A stretch of DNA of 64,000 nucleotides from Callorhinchus milii (Eukaryota). The translations under genes were made by a program, and so were the position numbers. Below, piece after piece: positions 53,735 to 64,000 of this stretch. The stretch is taken from assembly GCF_018977255.1 (NCBI RefSeq), contig NW_024704742.1, positions 1,364,001 through 1,428,000 on the forward strand, written 5' to 3'. Each line of letters opens with the position of its first letter. Position 1 is the first letter of the stretch. The notes beneath the pieces were generated by a model, which had not been told where the DNA came from, did no database searches, and worked only from the letters and a program-made list of their open reading frames with translations.

Positions 53735-54132
53735 CCGTTAGCGCTTTGGTTTGTTAACCCTGGAAGCCAAAGCCCTAAATGGGGAGGGTGGTCCTGGCTG
53801 GACAAGCAGCGGGAAAGCTTGGCCAGACAGCGATACCAATGGCCAAGCTATGTGCGGTCTTAGCTGGTTAGACTCCAGCAGTTACCCCCAACGCACACTC
53901 CGGGCTTCCCCCCCCCAAAGCTTTGGTTCTTGCCAACCTGCGCCTAATCCTTTTTGGAATTAGGTAAGCAGGCTGCGTCGCTCCAGGGAGAGAGAGAGTG
54001 CCTTCCATTCCAACGGTCTATCTCTGGGATTTCCATGTGGGGGAGGAATGCATGGAATTCTCAGTTTTGTTTGGAGCTCTTAAGCAACGGTGATGGGTTT
54101 CCGAATGTGTCAGGACACCCGGCTGACCAGAG
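53735..54132 (+). repeat. Unclassified dispersed ~400-bp repeat; other copies ~9893-10188(-), 17462-17585(-), 19180-19437(+), 24530-24904(+), 39905-40415(-, split), 58318-58572(-)
   Basis: Shared blocks: aagccct..gggagggt, agcttgcca..tggcaagct, ggttaractccagcag, cctgcgcctaat..attagg..gcagg, ttccattcca, catggaattctcag, gatgggtttccg, then an A-rich end in two copies. Confidence 0.85.
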
Positions 54133-54889
54133 CAAACCATAACTAAGGCATCAGTTTGCAGGTTTCTGGGACGGTGCCTTTAAGCCATTAATAAATTAGC
54201 TTGCACTTTTATAGGGTCTGTAGCTTTTGTGTAACCAGCAAATAGACAGGGTCATTAAGATACCGATAAAAAAAATCCTACAACAAACAAAAAAGAACAT
54301 GCTGCAAATTCACAATCATAATCACCCCACGTTATAGTACATCCTGTGAAGCGCTTTGAGACGGCCTCCCGACGTGAAAGGCGCTATGCCAAATGCAAGG
54401 ATTATTATTATTCCTAACAAGCAGGTAAAACCAGTGATATAGAGAAATGTTCCAGGGTGAAGCTGAGGAGAGTGGCTCTGGGGGAAAACCAGCAGAAAGT
54501 GATGTTAAAGTAGGTCATAGCAGAAGCAGAATTAACAGCTGAACAACAACTGCTGAACACACATTGTTTAAGGTTCTCTCACGACTGGGGAAGCCTTTTA
54601 ATGCCCCATATGTTCTCAAAGACAGCGTTATAGAAAGGGAGTAGGTGTTCTATTGCTGACGGATGATCATCAAGGGCAGCGTATCTTTGTAACGAACGAT
54701 GTAAGTAAGATTCTACAAATATCCCATAAAACATCTGATGCATTGAAGGCAAATTTTACGTCAATATACTTCCGGCAAAGTGGAAGGTGTTCTATACTGG
54801 AGGAGTAGTGGGATAATAATAATACTAATCCTTGCACTTGATACAGCGCCTGATCACGTCTTCGAGACGTCTCAAAGCGCTTCACGGAA

Positions 54890-55213
54890 CATAATAATAA
54901 TAATAATACTCGCATTTGATACAGCACTTTTCACTTCGGGAGGACGTCCCAAAGTGCTTCACAGAACACACTGTAAAGTGAATTGACTGTATATTTGTGG
55001 GCGAACGCGGCAGCCAATTGCGCACAGCAATGTCCCACAAACAGTCGTAGATTGAAAATGACCAATTTATTATTGTTTTTGGTTTTGGAGGGATTATTAT
55101 TAGGCTCTGTGTGGAGTAAGGAAACTTGCCTAAGGTTTCGTCCTCTGCCGGGAATTCAACTCAGGTCTCTCGCTTGCAAAGCGAGTGCTCAAACCACTGA
55201 GCTACAGGACTCC
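54890..55213 (-). mobile_element. tRNA-derived SINE, short form, with L2-type CTCCC loop in its tail
   Basis: Reverse complement of the SINE head ends at 55213; tail reads gggacgtcctcccgaagtgaaaag. Confidence 0.88.
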
Positions 55214-55976
55214 ACTGTTTTTATGTTAGTATGTTTGTGGGCGAAAGGTTGAACTTGATATTCTGGCACGATCTGGTCAGTGACAAGGGCAGCTGGCCCA
55301 CGCAGCAGAGGGCAAGCGATTTCTCCACGTGGGGTCAGACGTACAGTTGTAGAGAGTTACTTTGGATTCCTCTCCTGCATCTTTCTCGACCTCAGCTACG
55401 AAATGGCATTGACAGAGTCCTGGCAAGCAGTTCGTCTGCCTGCCCTCCGACCTGCTGACAGATGCACATCAAAGAGAGAGTGACAAAGGGGCAGAACAAA
55501 AATATCTACTTGAAAGCTTACAATAACTAAAACTGGTTGAAACACAGAGCGATTCATGGAAACCGGATCGGTTGTTTTGGAATGAATCTTGGGACAAAAT
55601 GATCTGATCCACAAGCAGGTCCTTGGAGAGAAAATAAAATATACATTTATATAGCATCTTGCACATCGTGAGGAAGTCCCAAAGCGCTCGACTGACTTGG
55701 CTTGTTACCTGACCTGGGCGTAGGAGCAGGGGAGGGGAACAATGATAATGATAAGCTTTACATTCGTTTTGGCGCCTAAAAATCACGTCCCAAGGTGCTG
55801 TCAAGTATAGTGATCGTGTATTTTATGAGCGAATGTGGCAGCTAAATTGGCGCACAGCAACGTCCAGCAAACAGCTATGAGGCGAATGATGCATTTTATT
55901 TGGGAGTTTGTAGTTTAGGACAAAGGGAGAAATTCACTTCTCTTTGTGAAGAGTGCTACGGCATCTTTAACATCGT

Positions 55977-56300
55977 GGAGTCCTGTAGCTCAGTGGTTAG
56001 AGCACTCGCTTTGCAAGCGAGACACCTGGGTTCAATTCCAGGCAGAGGGTGAAACCTTGGGCAAGTTTCCTTACTCCACACTCCTAATAATAATCCCTCC
56101 AAAACAAAACAATAATAAATTGGTCCTTTTCTGTCCACGACTGTTTGTGGGGACGGTACTGTCCGCAATTGGCTGCCGCGTTTCGCCCACAAATATACAG
56201 TTACTACACTTTACAGTCTATTCTATGAAGCGCTTTGAAACGTCGATGAGACGCGAAAAGAGGTATATCAAATGCAAGAATTGTTATTATTATTGTTATT
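55977..56300 (+). mobile_element. tRNA-derived SINE, short form
   Basis: GGAGTCCTGTAGCTCAGTGGTTAGAGCACTCGC head, B-box GGTTCAATTCC, full tail. Confidence 0.92.
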
Positions 56301-59052
56301 ACTTCAGCCAGCAGACAGCGCCTTGGTTTAACGTCTCATTCGAAGGACGACAACTCCGACAATACATTGCTTCCCTCTTCGTTGCATTAGAGTGTCCGCT
56401 TAGACCATGAGTTCCAGTCCCGATGTGAGCCATGCGTCCACAACCTTCTGACTCAGAGGCAAGAGTGCTGCCAACTGAGCCGGACCGACACACAATGACC
56501 GAAGGCACGGTTGGAGAGGTACATAGTGAAACGAGCCAACATTTTATTGAAAACGAGTCACCGAACAGAGCCGAGAAGCAGTCCTACTATTTGGAATACT
56601 GCAGATGCTCAAAAGGCAGCACAACAGCTTTTAGAGGACCACAGGTGACATTGACATATTGCACAAAATGTATGTCAATGAAAACTGCACCGCAACTGCA
56701 AAATGGAGATTGCTGGACGGAGCGTGTAACATTGGAGTAGGCAGGAATGTGGACCGTATTGAAGCACCCGTTTTTGTCGCATTCAGAGCCGTCAGCAAGC
56801 CTCGGGTTACAAGCAAACCCTTCAGCGTGTAATTGATGTAAAAGGAAGCATCGACTTTTCTGGTTTGGAATGCGAGACTTTGCGTCTGCTGGAGAATTTG
56901 ATTTATGGAACTTAGCTCACGTGACTACAGATCCCAAGTCATTCGTGTCCTATTTTTGCACTTCAATTCCGTTGGCTGGCATGGAAACAATCAGATGATT
57001 GGTCTCTCGGGAGCACTGTTCCGGTGGAGTATGACTGTGTAAAAATGTGACTATGGAACGTTAACCTAAAAATGCCAATTGATGTAAACTGATAGGCAGA
57101 GAGCATAATATAATAATCGTTGCATTCGGTACAGCGCCTTGTCACGTCTTCGAGACGTCTCAAAGCGCTTCACAGAAAGGAAAGCCTGCTAATCGAACAC
57201 ACATTATCTTGTTATGCTGTGTGTCCTCCTTGTGTCAGTTTTACAAACTTTTTTGCGCTGAAAAGGTTGACGGATTGTTGTTGTTCGTGAGACTTGGACG
57301 CAGGCACGTGACCGAAAAATATCTTCCACGTACACCGTTCACAATTATCTTCCCTACACACAGTTCAAACATATCTTCCGTATACATTGCTTGAAGAACA
57401 AAAACCTGTTTTGAATTAATCTCAAAGTCGAGATGTGTTTTAATGCTTCGGGCATTCACTCTTTAGATTGTATTAATAAACAATAACAATAATCATATTT
57501 GATATAGCTCCTTTCACATCTGGAGGATGTCCCAAAGTGCTTCACAGGATATATTGTAAAGTCGAGTAACTATGTGTGTTTTATGGGTGAATGTGGCAGC
57601 CAATTTGCGCTCAGCGATATCCCACAAATAGCCAAGGAATGAATGGCCAATTATTTCTTAGGGCTTTGAAATGTGAGTACAATTTCAAAATGGATTTGAT
57701 GTGATATCACATCGTATCTCTGACGAAATAACTCAAATTTACTCTGAGAAAGTGATTTCTTATCCTTTGTGTGGGTGGTAGAGGTGTCATTGGCAGACAG
57801 TAGTATCACGTATGTAGTATTTGATGAGGCCAAAATTGCCACTGTCAGTGTGATATCAGGATTTGCCGTACCAAATAATTAACTGGAACCTTATGCGTTA
57901 ATTTCAAATATCACTATCAAGCAAAGTATGGAGTCAACTTAGTGGTATTTCTTAACCTATTTCTAGTAATACAGAAGTCCTGAAGTCTGTCTTGCCGACT
58001 CTTGGGAATGTAGCTTAAACTCTACCTATTTTCGAGGTGGGGTTCCCTTGAGTTGCTGTGCTGGGAGTGAGGTATTTCCAATTACCGGAAGGAGTTCACA
58101 CTCGGATCTCTTAATTAAGACGTTCATTAAAAGACTGCAAAATTAATCACTTTATAACTTTAGAATTGGTATAAAAACATCATCCAAATACCTCTTGATG
58201 TTGGGCTCCAAGCACTCACCTTTTCCCTTCGTTAGGGTATGGACTTCAAAATTGCAAGGGTATTTATCAGACATAAACACACATTGGAGTCCCTCAGAGG
58301 CCAAGTAACTTTATTGCACGGTGTCTGACATGTGCGGAAACCCATCGCCGTTGCTTAAGAGTATCCAGACCAAGCTGAGAATTCCATGCCTCCCACCTAC
58401 GCTTGGAAATCCCAGAGATAGATTATTGGAATGGAATGCGCTCTCTCTCCCTGGAGGGACACATCCTGCTGACCTATTTCTGGAAAATATTAGGCGCAGG
58501 TTGTCAAGAGCCAAGGCTGGGTGACCCCAGAGTATGCGAGGGGGAACTGCTGGAGTCCACTGGGGTACTGCAGCAGCTGCTTCCCTCTCTGTAAATCAAT
58601 CAAGGTGGATTCCAAGAGCTGGATGTACACACTCATGTGCACAAATTTGGACTCCAGGTAATGCCTTCGAACAGCTATTGCCCCAAGCCTCAGAGTTTCC
58701 TCCTCAGCTATCTCGCGGGCATCTGCTCTCATTGTGGTTACAGGACAGCTTGTGATGTGCCAGCCACCTTGATGTTCTCAAACTCCAAGTCCAATTCCAC
58801 ATATTAGACATACTCAGCACCAGCTGCTTAATCCAGGTCCTCACGTGAGGGGCTTTGGCACATAGACATGCCCACTGTGAAGCCAACTCTGGCTCCAGGG
58901 TGCTGAGCAACAGGTTAGCCAGTGCCCTACTTTCTGTGTTTGCCACAAATCCACCTCAGTGTTTGATCCTGGACTTTGCCAATAGCCGGAGTAAGACCTT
59001 CTGCTCTGCAGGAGCTCAGATACATAAAGGAAAACTGTTTGCACACAGATTT

Positions 59053-59425
59053 GGAGTCCTGTAGTTCAGCGCTTTGAGCACTCACCTCGCAAGCGAGAGA
59101 CCTGGATTTGATTCCCGGGCAGAGCGAAAGGTTGGGCAAGTTTCCTTACTCCACACGCCTCTGTTTATCCAGCAGTAAGTAGGAACCTGGTTGTTAGTCG
59201 ATTGGTGGATTGCTTTTCTGGGGGTAATAATCCCTTCAAAAAAAATAATAATAATAATTGGCCACTCAATCCATGACTGTTTGTGGGACGCTGGTGTGCG
59301 CAATTGGCTGCCGCGTTTTGCCCACAAAACTACACAGTCGCTACACTTTACAGTATATTTTGTGAAGCTCTTCTAGATGTCTCAACGCCGTGATGAGGGG
59401 CTATATCAAATGCAAGGATTGCCAT
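59053..59425 (+). mobile_element. tRNA-derived SINE, full length, long form
   Basis: Head, central segment, tail. Confidence 0.9.
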
Positions 59426-60207
59426 TGTTGAACAGGGTTGTCCATATTTGATCTGCCAGAGCAGTCGTTTCCTTTCAGCGGAAAATATCCGCTAATACAT
59501 GTTATTTTTGCATCATAAATTTTGACAGAATTCAAGTGTTGGTTGAGTTTGTATGCAGGTGAAAACAATCAAATCCAATGAACCTGCATTGTGTAATGGT
59601 TAGAATGCACAATTCATTTTATTTTTCCGACTCAATTTTGTTTGAACATTATGTCAAAGAAAACACAGCAATACTATTTGAACCAACAAATGCCCGGAGA
59701 ATAACGTACAATTATCATTGCCCGAGGAACAATGTACAAGCCGTGATAGCCATTTCCCAGTTATTGTTTTTCTGACTTTGTCTAACAGCTCGAAAGGAAG
59801 AATAATGACTGGGAAATAACATTGAGGTTCCCACCTTGTTCCCAGTTATTGATTTGGGAATGGATATATTTTGCAACAGCACAGCACAGTTTAACCATTA
59901 TATTAATGCCGTTAGCCAGCACGCACAGCACAACTAAATATTACCCCTTACACCAACGCCTGATGCTGAGCGATTTTTTCGATACCAACGTGTTTGATTA
60001 ATCAGTGAATTGCGACACTAAGCAATGGCAATCACAGTTTTTAAATAGACTTGCAACAACCCTGTTTCTGTGCAAGCAGGAAGAGGAAGCACATTCATTT
60101 AACAACATCCTAGTGGAACAAAGCCACATATGATATAAATGGAGCCTGCAGGAAGCCCTGTGTACAGAGGTCGCCCTTACATTTCCAATTTGGTCTCCAT
60201 TGAGCAT

Positions 60208-60583
60208 TATAATAATAATAATCCCTGCATTTGATATGGCGCCTTATCACGTCTTCGAGACGTCTCAACGAGTTTCACAGAATACACTGCTCGGTGAATC
60301 GATTTTGTGGGGGAAATGCAGCAGCCAATTGCGCACAGCAGCGTCCCCACAAACAGTCATGGATTGAGTGACCAAATTATTAATAAAAAAAATGTTTTGA
60401 AGGAATTATTACTCCTGGAAAAGCGATCTGCCAATCAACTAACAACCAGTTCCTACTTACTGCTAGGTAAACGGAGGTGTGTGGAGTAAGGAGACTTGCT
60501 AAACGTTTCGCCCTGCCCAGGGATCGAACCCAGGTCTCTCGCTTGCGAGGCGAGTGCTCTAACCACTGAGCCACAGGACTCCA
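60208..60583 (-). mobile_element. tRNA-derived SINE, full length, long form
   Basis: Reverse complement of the complete element. Confidence 0.92.
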
Positions 60584-62549
60584 CATTATGAATCCTTCAG
60601 AGAAAAAACCAAGTCAGAATTTGAGCCTTAAAGATTAGTTAACTATTTGTCTGTTTATAGTGCTATTTCTTCTAGGTTACATTGCGAACCTAGAAGACAG
60701 CTGCTTTGAGCTGATTGATCTGATGTGTGGTGGCAGAATGGGCATGATGTTAGCTTTTGTGTTTCCAAACCAAGGAGTGGAAAAAATTCAGCCAGTGATT
60801 TTGTTATTGGCATCTAAACAAGATGCCTCCTGATGGAAAGTGCATTGGGGGGAGAATCTGATCAGGCTCAGCTGTACAGACACAAGGAAATATCCATGCG
60901 TAGGTGACAAATGCACGTGCAAGAGTGTGGTTTGGATAAGCATGGTGAGTGTTTCTGTCAGACACTTGGCCAACCGAAAGAAAATCGCAGCTTCCTCAAC
61001 CACAAATGAATAGTGTTGATGATACGCACATATGAAGAATGGGAACTTGGGCAAAGCACCACAGCATTTCTCGTGTTCATAGAACTAGCATGAGTCAGTA
61101 TCTTCAAGCGATAAAGGGAGAAAATTGGTAAACAAAAGAGATCACCTCTGTGTATGACCTGTTGTGTATGAAGACACAACCACATCTTTAGCTCTTCGAT
61201 AAATGAAGATGCAAGGGAGAAGAGCATCTCGATGGATCATTTGGCTTCTGATAACTTAGTACTTTAACCATCTCAGGAGCAGCACTCTTTGCATGTTTAC
61301 TTACCTCTGATATCAACATTTCCAATAAAATAAATCTGTACCAGTTCAGCAATAAGTCAGCCTGCTTTGAAAAGCACCTTCTGTCTGCTTATATTCCCAT
61401 TAAATTCTGACAGCTGGTACGGGAGGCAAAGAAAATACTTGAGAAAAGAGACACTGCAAAGTCAAATCTCTGCTGGATGACAGAACGACGGGTATAAGAG
61501 TTCATGGCTTTTTACGTGTAGCAGTTAACCTCTACCTTTCCCAATCCTCCAATAAGTTGTTGTTAATTGCCAGATAGAAGCACTTACAATAGATGACATT
61601 AACTTGTCTGCAGCAACCATAACACTGAATGTTAATTTGCTTCCTTCCAGATGGTGCTTCGGTGGTTTGAAGGTCACTGGCAGACTGACGATTCCTCGGG
61701 TTTGATGGTATACCTTGTTTTCAGTAATGTGGCGCTGTAGTTTTTATGACAGGAATGACTGCTTGGCAGCTTGTCCTCTATCTCTCTCTGCGACTTCGTC
61801 GCTGCTCAGGCCTACGGGGAAGCGTTCCACAACTGTCTGTCCTTTGCATTTCAAACAGGAATGGTGTTACTAGGTAACTATGGGGAAGGAACGGTTGCTA
61901 TTGCCAGTGGTGCTCAGTTCAGTGGATTTTATCTGCAGAAAGTTGGATGAAGTGGCATTCTTGTTTTTAAAAAAAAATTGAATTTTCATCGGGTTGGGTC
62001 ATCAGCTCTAGAAGCACACAAATATCAACCACAACATGATATTCACTCACAACGTGAGAACCAGATTAAAATGAGGTCAGCAGGGTTCCCCTGCGCCAGA
62101 TCCAGGTGTGAACCAGCCTACAGCAGCCAGTTAAGTTTCGGGGGCAGATTCCGAGTACAGAACCAAAGCTCGTTTGCCAAATACCTATCATATCTCAAAG
62201 GTCGTTGTTCCAGTGTATAATTCCATTGACCTATAACCTCACCAAACTGACTGCAGCATTCAATTTAACATAAGTGGGGGCCAATTTACAATAGAGCTTC
62301 ACAAGTCTCCCGGAATCTGAACCTGTGGGAGCTCCTGTCTGGAAACGTATTCTCTTATTTCATCTGGTTTAATGGAAGGAGGCACCATTTGCACAACTGG
62401 TATAGCTTATTAAGGAATCTCATTAATAAATGCCACAACTTACACCCCATGGATTATCATCGATAAAGTAACACAAATTCCAGAATGAACTAAATATCAG
62501 CAATAGTCACTTTTTACAAGAGAGAGTGGGTAAAGGAAAATGACATAGC

Positions 62550-63120
62550 TCTTTTCTTGCAGGGTAGGACATCAAACTTTTGGAGATGGGAGAAAATAGT
62601 TTCAGTTTGGAGCAGAGCTGGGCGTCAAGCAAAACACCAATTTCAAGCACCGAGAAGGTTCAGATAAAGTGAGCAGCTGGTGGAGGTTTTGTAAGAGGCA
62701 AGACAGTGTTGACAAGTGGTGAACGAGTTAGATTCAGTGTTGTTTACGTTCACCTAAAGGAAGATAAGGCTTGTCAAGGATTTCATGTCCGACACGAAAG
62801 CCAGCCAGAATAGAGATAGTCTTGTAGGGTGAAATCGGAAAGATACAGCTAGGTAACTAGGTGTCATGTCTGCAGCTGATGTCTCTAAGTGGAAGGATGT
62901 AGATAAGAAATAAGAGGTCCAAGGATAGAGCTCTGGGCATGCTGCAGGTTACTGTGCAGGGATCGGGTGAGATCTCGATAAAGGAATTGCTTTGATGTGT
63001 TGCAATAGACAGGAATGGAGCCAATTGAGGTGAGCCAAAGAAGAGAGTTAATGAAGGAGAATGGAATGGTCAACAGTATGACAGAGGGGTCAAGGAGGCA
63101 AAGAGTGTCAATGAGGTACA
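62550..63120 (-). mobile_element. Decayed L2 reverse-transcriptase fragment
   Basis: QSSILGPL resembles PQGSILGPL, followed by a degenerate YADDTQLY-like segment; several stops and frameshifts. Confidence 0.65.
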
Positions 63121-63339
63121 ATCACAGATAAATTATGCTGGGTATGAGCTTGGATTAGTTCAGCAGTAGTTAGCCATGATGCGCAATTCCTATGTTAGTT
63201 ATAGTCACAGGGTTTATTGTAATGTATCCTGCATTCATCTTGTTTTTTGGCCATAATGCTTTAACAGGCCAGGCTAAGTCTCATTTATATTTTTCCATTG
63301 AGCTTCAGAACAAACTACTGGCCCAATAAAGTCTTGGAC

Positions 63340-63665
63340 CGCTTAACAGTGGCAGAGCCTGACACGGAGCCGGGGGAGGGAAGTGGTGACCGTAAGCACT
63401 GTCGAAGAGGAAGGTCCTCAGGTATGATCTGAAAAAGGCGAAGGAGAGAGAGGGCAAGGCGGAGCGATTGAGTGAGGGAGTTCCAAAGTTTTGGGGCACA
63501 GTGGCTGAAAGCGCAGGTGTTGATGGTGGAGCTGAGGGGATGAGGGACAAACAGGAGGCCGGAGCCAGCCGAGCGGAGGAGATGGGTGGTGGAGTGGGAA
63601 ATAAGCAGGTTGGAGAGGTGGGAAGGCGCCAGGGAATGAAGAGATTTGTAGAGGAGTGTTACTTG
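63340..63665 (-). mobile_element. L2 LINE 3' fragment
   Basis: LYKSLHSLAPSHLSNLL...LLRSAGSGLLFVP...AFSHCAPKLWNSL. Confidence 0.88.
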
Positions 63666-64000
63666 CCTAATCATTGCTCATACCTTATCCCTCCAACACT
63701 GGGGATTATCTTCGTTCTCTGCTGCACTGCCCTTAGGGCAATACCCCTAAGTCATATTGCCCAGACTGTATGTAATACTTCAGCTGCAGTTTGACACTAC
63801 AGCTTTAGCATGTTATCTCGGGACCTGAACTCAAACCGATTGAGCAATATGGCCCAGAATCCTGTTTATCTTGTTTGTTTCTGCCTCACACTGACTGAGT
63901 ATTTACAATGTCTTGAATTGGCTTAGCACAGAAATCTATATTGGAGCGGGAGAGGCACTGTGTCTATTTAATAAACCAGCCTTTTAACGTGGTTTGAATT

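Noticed and set aside
56480-57470. Coding-looking unique stretches (short ORFs 56432-56740 and 57241-57459)
   Set aside because: No motif I can recognise and no consistent splice structure; may be old transposon debris but I cannot support a call.

Overview
Vertebrate genomic DNA, rich in repeats, most likely from a cartilaginous fish (an inference from the SINE/L2/CR1/Penelope repeat complement and gene divergence; the species cannot be fixed from the sequence alone). Two protein-coding genes lie on the minus strand. The first is the 5' end of FAM13A: coding exons 1-3 at 13588-13614, 5611-5803 and 884-1093, encoding the start of the RhoGAP domain, with canonical splice sites and matching phases. 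The second is GPRIN3, whose whole CDS (41748-44816, 1022 aa) lies in one exon. This reproduces the human FAM13A-GPRIN3 neighbourhood, but no TIGD2 ORF lies between them. The rest is intronic or intergenic: a tRNA-headed SINE with an L2-type tail, Deu-domain SINE fragments, L2 and CR1 LINE fragments, a Penelope-like end with a degenerate hammerhead ribozyme, simple repeats and three assembly gaps. I found no clear-cut new biological system. The best leads are an unclassified dispersed repeat with apparently conserved RNA stems (7 copies), a decayed Crypton/DUF3504 tyrosine-recombinase fossil upstream of GPRIN3, a ~20-unit 13-aa repeat expansion inside GPRIN3, and a large G-quadruplex-prone array next to the putative GPRIN3 TATA box. 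Repeat boundaries are approximate; all homology calls are by eye, without database searches.
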